From Patescibacteria group bacterium UBA1400 (GTDB taxonomy: Bacteria; Patescibacteriota; Microgenomatia; UBA1400), in the NCBI GenBank assembly GCA_002305125.1, contig DBQG01000001.1, positions 1 to 43,536 on the forward strand: 43,536 nucleotides of DNA, given 5' to 3'. Of this stretch, positions 17,601-25,523 are shown in pieces; within the stretch, counting starts at the first letter, position 1, and each line of letters opens with the position of its first letter. Under the pieces are notes generated by a model, which worked only from the letters and a program-made list of their open reading frames with translations, ran no database searches and was not told the DNA's origin. A program made the position numbers and the translations under genes.

Positions 17601-18356
17601 GTAAACCACGGTATTTTACGGTTTACCACCCCTCCTGAGCATAAAATTGCTGGAACTGAGGCTAAGATTACTTTAGAAACTTCTTTGCAAAAACCAGCAG
17701 ATAGTGGAGATGCTGATGCTTTACATACCCAAATTTCTCTTCAGTTAACACCAGAGCTATATGAAGCAATGCCAGACACAAGGCCTGCTTTTGATGACTG
17801 GCCTCCTGAGCTTTTAAATGCAGTATATGAAGCAGGAGCAATTGGAACTGCCCGTAAAAAAGAGCTGGCAGAAGTTGGGGGAAAGGTTTTGCAGCTTGAG
17901 ATTGATGCAACCGACTTTGACTCTTTAAGCACACAGCTTGAGGCCTGGAAAAACTTAGGTGATTTGCAAAATTTATATCCTCTTTCAGTAGGAGAGGCAG
18001 CTGTTAATATGTCTCAAGAAATGCAAGAGGCCCTATTTAGCAACAACAGAACTGTTTTAATTACTCTAGGTAGAGGAACTCCCCGGTCTGGCTCTTATTA
18101 TTTAAAAAGGGATCCGGCCACAGGTCAACTTATAGTTAATCTTCAGCGAACAAGAGGGGGTAGGGGAAGAGGAATAATTAATAATATTCCTTTAAAAGAG
18201 TTCGTTTCTAAATATGAAGATCAGTATAAAAGAATAAGACATATTAGGCTTGATCAAGCCTTAACTACAAGACAAAGAAGAGAGATGGAAAGTGAAAAAC
18301 AGGAATTTTTAAAAGAAACAGGAAAAGAAATATTAAGAACCTTGCATCGTTATTAA
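14604..18356 (+). CDS. 1250-aa hypothetical protein with Gly/Ala-rich hydrophobic hairpin and long coiled coil
   Basis: Long ORF with SD. Hydrophobic stretch GDFAGAYAAIGALVGSGG...AAALAGLAGAGIGLAM. About 300 aa of E/K/R/Q-rich heptads. No Walker motifs seen. Confidence 0.85.
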   Translation: MTETRTVNPLTVATFPPEGAPIVNEGNAASAVVHQLRSEAEQRRQASQREAGPRSLKQRYEEQKPREEGVAAIANKEQCIPGRKFKSLEFLTSGEGEFELSKEQDKRLYDEVDRVYRNIQRLSQDDPVVRRLRQVFEKQFPALRGRAEFVKGLRIQRNERIFHTEEELITALVTLEQHQHLVAASLACEISNNGQRTVEINVPSNTEIEAIIRDKIPNIAETSLGIVVESLKVGDFAGAYAAIGALVGSGGVVATEIISNFVGAAGAGGPDVAVAAALAGLAGAGIGLAMKTEFIVGRKAEKSKLRISLPKSDARVVTEYGANLGILNKTPEEILAIIERTERVRHEVWARAGVNLESLEQRAALNLDTLALDPTKTEITQGKGDIIYVNRRQEHLYRLLGNGERSLADLTAAEQLMFKLDASTAALFQENGQIARQIADEAEAKSTTERLSEAGQIDKLASEYEQGKRGLQVVDKAEVKAKQEELAEATEKVSQITELQEELQEVVDKLAPLQQKIETAKAARQVLTQHHETDLGTGETEIQQLGREIGELEDQIIGTTGIDVSLADIRRNIRIKQAEMMRLKREIETLKEEQRGISVKITNPTTGVKYTADEVKNEHARIRGEVSLKQQEHDNFKTEIEEDEGDKEALEERKKFLTKERQDRKDKLDRIRADIRAADTLVAEAEAEGNVANLKVLETERDRILAELALVVNPAAPPTLSVEEVPGQINLAQKEQARLQKEAEKLQLQLERFEAGQGRASPQDLQTAKILRRSAELVRPVSREGREGRFNEISGELVLNDELRVKLADPNLGYNEWLMLMFGPDAIAPDEMRVNRQVVSKADMVMAAVDVWRLDDGYFGRNQEGEFFLTAVRGKINRIASLQDQIAERERYQNPGWQAEIEALRGQIKALRQENNQELAALYDRAAHFFNSDPFKVREFYAELAGRVAKKALRGGEGETYERAQVRMGIRKESRQQVESREGYGVLVYEGPRQVEGTEVNHGILRFTTPPEHKIAGTEAKITLETSLQKPADSGDADALHTQISLQLTPELYEAMPDTRPAFDDWPPELLNAVYEAGAIGTARKKELAEVGGKVLQLEIDATDFDSLSTQLEAWKNLGDLQNLYPLSVGEAAVNMSQEMQEALFSNNRTVLITLGRGTPRSGSYYLKRDPATGQLIVNLQRTRGGRGRGIINNIPLKEFVSKYEDQYKRIRHIRLDQALTTRQRREMESEKQEFLKETGKEILRTLHRY

Positions 18357-18368
18357 AAAGGAGTTTAA

Positions 18369-18725
18369 ATGGCAATAGATTTGGCTAGTTTAATAAAAGT
18401 AGCTCCGTTTGCTCAGGAAGATAAGCAACGTCTTTTAGCAAACCTAGACAAGTTAACAGAAGAACAGCAAGTCAGGCTATCTAATGCTGCCTGGAGCTCT
18501 TTAGCACAGGCTTACTATCTTAAGTTAAAATATGAGTTTGATAAGTTAAATCTTGAGATTCAGGAAGGAAAAAGAGAGTTTAATAAAAAAGATTATGATG
18601 AGCTTAAAGAAAGAGTTTTACAAGAATATCTTAAGAAACTTAAATTTGCTGATAGTCAAGAATCCATGAAAAAGTTAAGGGAAGAACTACAAAAACAGAT
18701 GCAAAAAACCTCAATGACTTCTTAA
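18369..18725 (+). CDS. Small helical hypothetical protein (118 aa)
   Basis: AAGGAG SD; starts 12 nt after the stop of the 1250-aa gene. Confidence 0.8.
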   Translation: MAIDLASLIKVAPFAQEDKQRLLANLDKLTEEQQVRLSNAAWSSLAQAYYLKLKYEFDKLNLEIQEGKREFNKKDYDELKERVLQEYLKKLKFADSQESMKKLREELQKQMQKTSMTS

Positions 18726-18777
18726 ATGTTCTTTAGCATTTCTATTTTTTTTCCTCTTTGTTAAAATAAAATAACTT

Positions 18778-19740
18778 ATGACTAATGAATCATTAGAATT
18801 TTTAGGAGATAGAAGACCTCAAGTATTAAAAGACATTGAAAGACAGGAGCCCTTTACTTTAGACAAAGATGATGAAAGACAAAAAGGGGAAGTTGGGGAA
18901 CTTAGTCAAAGCATTGACAGAATTGAAACAGAAGCAGTAAGACAGGATTTGGTTCAGTTAAATGAACGGCCCCCAAGTTTTCCTATTGCTGAAAATATAA
19001 CACCAGTTGCCCCTCCTGAAAAAAAATCCTGGAAGCAACTGGTTAAGATGGGGGAAGACCCAGAATCAGCAAGGGAATATTTTAATGAAGTTATTTCCTA
19101 CGAAGTAAGCCAGGGAAGGTTGCCGTCATCTTTATCTCAGGAAGTGAGAGATAATATTGACACTTTTGAACCAAATGTTGCGATAAGGGATGTGGTAGTC
19201 AATCTTGCCATTGGTGGTGGGCTTTTTTTAGGAGAGGCAGTTGGTGGTGCTATCTTAGGAAAAGAATTTTTAGGAGATATTATTAAAAATGCAGGAATTA
19301 TTTTAAAACACTATATTCCTTTTCTTCCTCCTTTTTTAACGGGAGGGGCGTTAGCATACCTTCTTCCTATTGACGGCCTTTTAAGAGCTCCTTACTTGGC
19401 TTTTCGCTCGGTTCAGGAAATTACTAAACTTGCTAGGGAAGAGGGGTTTAAAAAAAGCCTGAATTATTTACGTTTTTTTGCAGCTATAAACTTTTTAAAT
19501 CTAACTCCTGTAGGCGGTTGGTTTGCCCCCATGGTTTCTTTTCCCCGAAATCGAGATATGGGTATTACCCTGATTAACCATAAAGTACAAACTTCTAGAG
19601 CGCCCCATTTTATTAAAAACACTGTTAATGAGGGAATTCAATGGTTTTATAAAAGATCTGCAAGAAAACTTGAAGCCAGGCAGCAAGTTAAAAAATCACA
19701 AAAAATTGGTTTAAAACTTCAGCAGCAAGCGGCAGCATAA
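18778..19740 (+). CDS. Hypothetical membrane protein (acidic N-terminus, 2-3 hydrophobic segments, basic C-terminus)
   Basis: 320-aa ORF; TGTTAAAAT lies 10 nt upstream of the ATG. Confidence 0.8.
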   Translation: MTNESLEFLGDRRPQVLKDIERQEPFTLDKDDERQKGEVGELSQSIDRIETEAVRQDLVQLNERPPSFPIAENITPVAPPEKKSWKQLVKMGEDPESAREYFNEVISYEVSQGRLPSSLSQEVRDNIDTFEPNVAIRDVVVNLAIGGGLFLGEAVGGAILGKEFLGDIIKNAGIILKHYIPFLPPFLTGGALAYLLPIDGLLRAPYLAFRSVQEITKLAREEGFKKSLNYLRFFAAINFLNLTPVGGWFAPMVSFPRNRDMGITLINHKVQTSRAPHFIKNTVNEGIQWFYKRSARKLEARQQVKKSQKIGLKLQQQAAA

Positions 19741-19769
19741 TTGTTTTTTTTAATTCTTTTTGTTAAGAT
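19741..19769 (+). promoter_or_regulatory. rpmH promoter (leaderless transcript)
   Basis: TTGTTT-17-(TGt)TAAGAT-7nt-ATG. Confidence 0.6.
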
Positions 19770-19776
19770 AACTATT

Positions 19777-19914
19777 ATGACAAAGAGAACTTATCAGCCA
19801 AAACCTAAAAAACGTAAAAGAACTCATGGTTTTCTTGTTAAGATGAGAACCAAAGATGGCCGTAATGTAATTAAGAGAAGAAGGCAAAAGGGAAGAAAAA
19901 AGCTGACTGTTTAA
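19777..19914 (+). CDS. rpmH: 50S ribosomal protein L34
   Basis: Below the ORF-track length cutoff. Reads [45 protein letters not shown]. Confidence 0.98.
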   Translation: MTKRTYQPKPKKRKRTHGFLVKMRTKDGRNVIKRRRQKGRKKLTV

Positions 19915-19915
19915 A

Positions 19916-20266
19916 ATGCTTCCTGCAAAAAACAGACTGTCTTCATTTTTAATTCTTGAACTCCTTGGTTCTGGACAGCGTTTCCACGGTAAATATTTAA
20001 GCCTTTATATCGCCCGGTCCTTAGAAAAAAAGAATAATTCTTATTTTGCCTTTCTGGTTCCTAAAAAAATTACCAAGCAAGTAGTGGAAAAAAACAAAAT
20101 GAAAAGAAAAGTGAAAGCTGCTGTAAAACAAAATCTAGAACAAATTAAAAAAGGTTATAACGTTTTATTTTTGGTGAAAGAGAACATAAACAGTGAAACA
20201 CATAGGACAATCAAAGCCGAAGTCGAAGAGCTTTTAAAACAAGCAGGCTTATTTCAATGCTTTTAA
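19916..20266 (+). CDS. rnpA: Ribonuclease P protein component
   Basis: MLPAKNRL start, FAFLVPKK...VEKNKMKRKVK (divergent RNR motif). Syntenic after rpmH. Confidence 0.92.
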   Translation: MLPAKNRLSSFLILELLGSGQRFHGKYLSLYIARSLEKKNNSYFAFLVPKKITKQVVEKNKMKRKVKAAVKQNLEQIKKGYNVLFLVKENINSETHRTIKAEVEELLKQAGLFQCF

Positions 20267-20361
20267 TAATTAAAGCAATTAAAGCTTAAAATGCGGAAAT
20301 TATAAGCAGGAAAATTGTCCTAAAGCATAAATATTTTTATTAAATTTAGAAACCTTAAATA

Positions 20362-20598
20362 GTGAGAAAAATAATATTACAACTAATTCGTTGGTATCAG
20401 GATTCTAAGTTTTTTTCAGGAAACCTATTTAAGGGTTTTTTAATTTCTGACGTCTGTTGCCGGTTTCGTCCTACCTGCAGTGAGTATTGCTACCAAGCCA
20501 TAGAAAAATATGGTATTATAAAAGGTATCCTCCTGGGATTGCGGAGGATTTTTAAATGCCACCCTTGGTCAAAGGGAGGGAAGGATCTTTTAGATTAA
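20362..20598 (+). CDS. yidD: Membrane protein insertion efficiency factor YidD
   Basis: CRFRPTCSEY...AIEKYG...RIFKCHPWSKGGKD. Confidence 0.96.
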   Translation: MRKIILQLIRWYQDSKFFSGNLFKGFLISDVCCRFRPTCSEYCYQAIEKYGIIKGILLGLRRIFKCHPWSKGGKDLLD

Positions 20599-20613
20599 AA
20601 TTAACTTTAAAAA

Positions 20614-21426
20614 ATGAACATTTGGCAGCTTTTGCTTTATCAACCACTACTAAATCTCTTAATTTTATTTTATAAAATATTGGGACAGAATTTAGGTTTG
20701 GCCATTATTGGCCTAACCTTATTTATCCGATTGCTTTTAACCCCCCTAACAAAACCTTCTTTAGAAGCTTCTCAGAAGTTAAAAGACTTAGCTCCGGAGT
20801 TGGAAAAACTTAAACAAAAACACAAAAACAATAAGCAGGCTTTGGCTCAGGCCCAGTTGGAGCTGTATCGCAAGCATGGTGTTAATCCCGGTGCTGGCTG
20901 TTTGCCTCAAATTGTCCAAATAGTGATTTTAATCGCTCTTTTTCAGGCATTTAATCAGACCCTAGTTGCTGATGGCAATATTGTTCAAAAATTAAACGAA
21001 CTTTTATATATTCCTTTGAAGTTTGTTGAAGACCAACATATTAATGCCCGCTTTTTATATTTAGATTTGACTCAGCCCGACTTAATAACGCTGCCTTTTT
21101 CTTTAAACCTATTTGGTTTTACTTTAAATAAATTACCAGGACTGTTTTTAATTGCCGCTGCTGTTACCCAATTTTTATCTTCCAAACTTATGCTTCCGGC
21201 AGCCAAGCAAGCTGAGAAAACTGCTAAAAAGACTCCTGTTAAAGAAGACGATATGGCCGCCATGATGCAAAAACAGATGCTTTTTATGATGCCCTTAATG
21301 ACTTTAATAATTGGTTTTCGTTTTGCCTCGGGCCTTGTTTTATATTGGCTGACTTTTTCCAGCTTTATGTTGGTTCAGCAGATAATAGTAGGAAAGCAAA
21401 GGAGTAAAAATGGTAACAAAAAATAA
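20614..21426 (+). CDS. yidC: YidC/Oxa1 membrane protein insertase (short form)
   Basis: GLAIIGLTLFIRLLLTPL, ELYRKHGVNPGAGCLPQIVQ, SGLVLYW. Confidence 0.96.
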   Translation: MNIWQLLLYQPLLNLLILFYKILGQNLGLAIIGLTLFIRLLLTPLTKPSLEASQKLKDLAPELEKLKQKHKNNKQALAQAQLELYRKHGVNPGAGCLPQIVQIVILIALFQAFNQTLVADGNIVQKLNELLYIPLKFVEDQHINARFLYLDLTQPDLITLPFSLNLFGFTLNKLPGLFLIAAAVTQFLSSKLMLPAAKQAEKTAKKTPVKEDDMAAMMQKQMLFMMPLMTLIIGFRFASGLVLYWLTFSSFMLVQQIIVGKQRSKNGNKK

Positions 21427-21883
21427 TCAAGAATTGACTAAAAAAACAATAGAAGAACTTTTAGATCTTCTAGGCATTACTGACGCCAAAGTTTCTATTG
21501 AACCGGAAGACGAAGGTGTTTTTAAAATTGACATTGATTCGGAACATACTGGTGTTTTAATTGGTAGGCAGGGAGAAACAATTGTTAATCTACAGCTGCT
21601 TTTATCTTTAATTATTTACAAAAAATTAGGTGAATGGCAAAGACTGGTAGTTGATGTAGGTGGGTGGAGGCAGCAAAGAGAAGAAAGTTTAAAAAAATTA
21701 GCCCAAAATACAGCTCAAAAAGTAAAACTATCAGGTGAGGAAGTAATTTTAACCAGATTAAGTCCTTTTGAGCGGCGGATTATTCATATGGAGTTATCTG
21801 AAAACCCAGATGTAGTTACCCAGTCTCAAGGTGAAGGGTCTCAAAGAGTTTTGGTTGTTAAGCTCAGGCAAGCCAATGGTTAA
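21410..21883 (+). CDS. jag: Jag/KhpB-like KH + R3H RNA-binding protein
   Basis: KH motif LIGRQGET; R3H motif ERRIIH. AAGGAG SD; syntenic after yidC. Confidence 0.92.
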   Translation: MVTKNNQELTKKTIEELLDLLGITDAKVSIEPEDEGVFKIDIDSEHTGVLIGRQGETIVNLQLLLSLIIYKKLGEWQRLVVDVGGWRQQREESLKKLAQNTAQKVKLSGEEVILTRLSPFERRIIHMELSENPDVVTQSQGEGSQRVLVVKLRQANG

Positions 21884-22334
21884 AAAAGAAAATAAGCTAA
21901 CAGTTTTTGCTGATGGCGGAGCCAGAGGCAATCCCGGTCCTTCAGCCTGGGCGTTTGTAGTTAAAAATCCTAATAATGATATTTTAGTTGAAAAAGCCGG
22001 TTTTTTTGGCAACGCAACCAATAATGTTGCTGAATATAAAGCTGTTTTAGCTGCTTTTAGCTGGCTTGTTGCTAATAAAAGTCTTGTTAAGCATATTGAA
22101 GAGATTGTTTTTTTTCTTGATTCTCAGTTAGTAGTAAATCAGCTTAGCGGCAGTTTTAAAATAAAAAATGAAAATTTGAGAAAATTGGTAATTGAGATTA
22201 AAAAACTTGAAGCAGAGTTGAAAATTTTTATTGCCAACCTGCAGGTTATATATAACCATATCCCCAGAGAGGAAAATAAGCATGCCGACAGCCTTCTTAA
22301 TAAAGCCCTTGATGAAGCCTTATCTGCTTTTTAA
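21876..22334 (+). CDS. rnhA: Ribonuclease HI
   Basis: FADGGARGNPGPS, TNNVAEY, LDSQLVVNQ, HIPREENKHAD. Start moved to ATG 21876, which overlaps the end of jag. Confidence 0.92.
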   Translation: MVKKENKLTVFADGGARGNPGPSAWAFVVKNPNNDILVEKAGFFGNATNNVAEYKAVLAAFSWLVANKSLVKHIEEIVFFLDSQLVVNQLSGSFKIKNENLRKLVIEIKKLEAELKIFIANLQVIYNHIPREENKHADSLLNKALDEALSAF

Positions 22335-22393
22335 ATTTCAACTTGATTTCACTCCAAAGTAAATTAAAATTAAATTAAGATTTAAACTGCCCA

Positions 22394-25300
22394 ATGAATA
22401 AAAAAGTAAAACATCAAGTTCAGCATACGCAAGAACTTACTCAGGTTCTTGTGGCTGGAGGAGCTGGTTTTATCGGCAGTTACCTTTGCCAGTTGTTGTT
22501 GGACCAAAACTGTTATGTTTATTGTCTGGATAACTTAAAAACAGGTACAAAGCAAAACATCTCTTCTTTTATTGATAAAGCTAATTTTCAGTTTATTGAT
22601 CATGATCTTACCAAGCCTTTAGATAAATTAAAACTTCCTAAGCTTGATTATGTTTTTCATTTGGCAGGCTTGGATAATCACTTACATAAACAACAAATAT
22701 CTTTACAGACGTTATTAACTAATTCTGAAGGTACTAAAAATATTTTAGATTTAGCCAAAGATAAGAAAAGTAAATTTTTGTTGGGGTCTTCTTTAGCTGT
22801 TTTTGAAGGTATGGTTTCAGCCGATCAGTTAAAACATTATTTTGGCCCCAAAGAAGATAAAGAAAGTTTTTATTCTTTAGCTGAGGCTAAAAGATTTTCC
22901 GAATCTTTGGTTTTTGAATACTTTAAAAACTACAGCCTTGATTGCCGCATTGTTAGACTTTTGGATGTTTATGGACCCAGAATGAACATTGACTCTACCG
23001 GATCTATTCCGGCTCTTTTTAAAAATATTTTAAATAAAGAGCCTTTTGCTGTTCCTCAGGACGGATTAACACCTATTTATCCTACCTTTGTTACCGATGT
23101 TGTATATGGACTTTTAAAAGCTATGTTTAATCAACAAACAGCCGGAAAAATATATACTCTTGCCAACGTTAAAGGAATAACTGTTTTAGATTTTGCCCAC
23201 AAACTAAAAGAACTTGGCGGACATCAAAACGAAATTGTATTTACCGGAAAAGAAATAAAAACTTTATTTAGTAAGGAAGAGATAGTAAAAACTCAAGAAG
23301 AGCTTAATTGGCATCCTCAAATTGATTTAAATCAGGGGATTAAGAAGACTTTTGAGTGGCTAAGGTTGATGGAACCAACGGTTGTTATAAAAGAAGCTTT
23401 TGAGAAAAAAGAACAAACAGAAGAAGTTGAAGTGTTAGAAGAACTTGAAGTAGTGGAAGAAGCAGAGGTTTTAACCAAGCCCTTATTAGAAGAAACAGAG
23501 CCGGAAAAAAAGGTTGACCAAGTGAAGACAGAAACAAAAATAGTAGTAAATAAACCAATAAAAGATCAAAAAACTAACAAAGAAGAAAGGGGTGAAAAAA
23601 GAAGAAGGGAAAGACTGGTAATAAAGTTGGTTAAAAGCATATCTTTTAAAAAAATAGGTTTGTTAAAAATATTGTTGGGATTTTTTACCCTTTCTCTTAT
23701 TACTCTGCTGTTGCCTTTTTTGTTTTTTTACCACAATCTTCAAAACGGGAGTAAGTTTTTAACCGACAGAGAGTATAAGCAGGCAGCTGTTTCCTGGCAA
23801 AAAAGCAAAAAGCTTCTTTTAGGATTTTCTAACATTCTTTCTTTCTTTTCTCCTCAGCAAAGCGAGCAGGTTCTTTCTTTCATAGATTTAGGGATGGAGT
23901 TTTTACAAGCAAAACAGGAAGAGACTTTAGCCAAACAGCATCTTTATAATTTAACCAATATTATTGTTAAGGGAGAAAGAGGAGATGGTTTACATGAAAT
24001 AAGACAGGCAAACCTTTATCTTAATCAAGTCTATCAAAGTTTAAGTTTAATCGAGGGAGAGATAAAGCAGCTCGATTTAGATAAAAAAGAGCCATTTTTC
24101 TTAAAAAACATTAAAGAAGAAATTGTTGTATATGAGAAAGAGGTTCCTAAATTAAGGGAAAAAATTAAATTGACAAGACAGCTTCTTCCTGTTTTGCCCA
24201 ACTTTTTTTCCTTTGAGGGTAAAAAAACCTATTTAGTTTTGATTCAAGATAATTTAGAGTTAAGGCCAACAGGCGGGTTTATTACTGCTTATGGGCTTTT
24301 AACTTTTGAAAAAGGTAAGCTGCTGGATTTTGAAATAAAAAATACCACCAGCATAGATTCAAAACTTAAGGGACAGGTTGAACCACCGGAGATTTTAAAA
24401 CATCATTTAAATCTGGATGGTTGGTATTTAAGAGATGTTAACTGGAGCCCTGACTTTCCTGCTACCAGCTTTCAAGCTCAATGGTTGTTGGAAAAAGAAA
24501 TAGGAGTTAAAACGGACGGGGTTATTGCCTTAAACCTCTATGTTTTACAAGAGCTTTTACAAGTAACAGGGCCAGTTCAACTGTTAAACTATAATGAGGT
24601 TATTACTCCAGATAATTTATTTGCTAAAACAATTCAGTATTTTGAAGTGGACTTTTCTGCCAACAACGTTGAAGTAGATTTTATTTCTCAGCTTACTCAG
24701 TTAATGTTTGAAAAAATTAAACAACTTGATAATGAAGAATGGTTTTTGCTGGCAGAGGGAATCCAGCAGAGCTTAAAACAAAAACAACTACTTCTTTCTT
24801 TTCAGGATCAGATTCTTGATAGAATTGCGGTAGAAAAAGACTGGAATGGTTCTTTAAGAAAACAGGCAAGTGATCTGCCCTCAAATACAGTTGGTGATTA
24901 TTTAATGGTGAACGAAGCTAATCTGGGAATTAATAAAGTTAACTACTTTTTAAAAAGAAATCTACAGCACGAGGTAACAATTTTGGACAATGGAGATCTG
25001 CTTGAAAGCCTAACTTTGATTTACCAAAATCAAAGCACTTCTAAGGGTTGGCCTGCGGGCGATTACCGTAACTATTTAAGAACCTATATTCCTTTAAACA
25101 GCAGGTTGGTCAATATTAAAACTGGAAGTAGTTTGAACAGTTTGATAGAAGTTTCCGAAGATAAAATAGAAATTAATGAAATCTTTGGAAAAAGCGAGTT
25201 GGGTTTTTTGTTGGAAGTACCGGCCCAACAAACAAGAATTGTTAAAATTACCTATCAACCTCCTTATAAACTTACTTTTAACAAGGGGCAAGCATCTTAT

Positions 25301-25480
25301 CTTTTTTATTGGCAAAAGCAGCCGGGATGGGGGGCTGAACCGGTTCAGTTGAAAATTAATATAGCTTCAAATATAAAACCCTTAAGAATTGCTCCGACAG
25401 CTAAAGTTAACGGTTCGCAAATTAACTTTACCGGCGATACTACTAGTGATAATTTTTATGTGGTTGATTTTATAAATTAA
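22394..25480 (+). CDS. Fusion: extended-SDR (UDP-glucuronate decarboxylase-like) domain, acidic linker, one TM helix, DUF4012-type extracellular region
   Basis: VLVAGGAGFIGSYL, VFHLAG, VYGPRM; TM at about 23654-23731; YLVLIQDNLELRPTGGF, RDVNWSPDFP, DGVIA, EANLGINKVN, QKQPG. Confidence 0.85.
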   Translation: MNKKVKHQVQHTQELTQVLVAGGAGFIGSYLCQLLLDQNCYVYCLDNLKTGTKQNISSFIDKANFQFIDHDLTKPLDKLKLPKLDYVFHLAGLDNHLHKQQISLQTLLTNSEGTKNILDLAKDKKSKFLLGSSLAVFEGMVSADQLKHYFGPKEDKESFYSLAEAKRFSESLVFEYFKNYSLDCRIVRLLDVYGPRMNIDSTGSIPALFKNILNKEPFAVPQDGLTPIYPTFVTDVVYGLLKAMFNQQTAGKIYTLANVKGITVLDFAHKLKELGGHQNEIVFTGKEIKTLFSKEEIVKTQEELNWHPQIDLNQGIKKTFEWLRLMEPTVVIKEAFEKKEQTEEVEVLEELEVVEEAEVLTKPLLEETEPEKKVDQVKTETKIVVNKPIKDQKTNKEERGEKRRRERLVIKLVKSISFKKIGLLKILLGFFTLSLITLLLPFLFFYHNLQNGSKFLTDREYKQAAVSWQKSKKLLLGFSNILSFFSPQQSEQVLSFIDLGMEFLQAKQEETLAKQHLYNLTNIIVKGERGDGLHEIRQANLYLNQVYQSLSLIEGEIKQLDLDKKEPFFLKNIKEEIVVYEKEVPKLREKIKLTRQLLPVLPNFFSFEGKKTYLVLIQDNLELRPTGGFITAYGLLTFEKGKLLDFEIKNTTSIDSKLKGQVEPPEILKHHLNLDGWYLRDVNWSPDFPATSFQAQWLLEKEIGVKTDGVIALNLYVLQELLQVTGPVQLLNYNEVITPDNLFAKTIQYFEVDFSANNVEVDFISQLTQLMFEKIKQLDNEEWFLLAEGIQQSLKQKQLLLSFQDQILDRIAVEKDWNGSLRKQASDLPSNTVGDYLMVNEANLGINKVNYFLKRNLQHEVTILDNGDLLESLTLIYQNQSTSKGWPAGDYRNYLRTYIPLNSRLVNIKTGSSLNSLIEVSEDKIEINEIFGKSELGFLLEVPAQQTRIVKITYQPPYKLTFNKGQASYLFYWQKQPGWGAEPVQLKINIASNIKPLRIAPTAKVNGSQINFTGDTTSDNFYVVDFIN

Positions 25481-25484
25481 CTGC

Positions 25485-25513
25485 TTGTCTTTTTAAAAAA
25501 TAATTGATACAAT
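25485..25513 (+). promoter_or_regulatory. rplY promoter
   Basis: TTGTCT-17-(TGa)TACAAT, 10 nt before the ATG; no SD. Confidence 0.6.
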
Positions 25514-25523
25514 TACTTCTGTT

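Noticed and set aside
14604..18356. SMC/Rad50 annotation for the coiled-coil protein
   Set aside because: No Walker A/B, ABC signature, hinge or CxxC hook is visible.
20257..20305. Mini-ORFs MLLIIKAIKA* and MRKL* resembling yidD N-termini in the rnpA-yidD gap
   Set aside because: Too short to distinguish from chance in AT-rich DNA.
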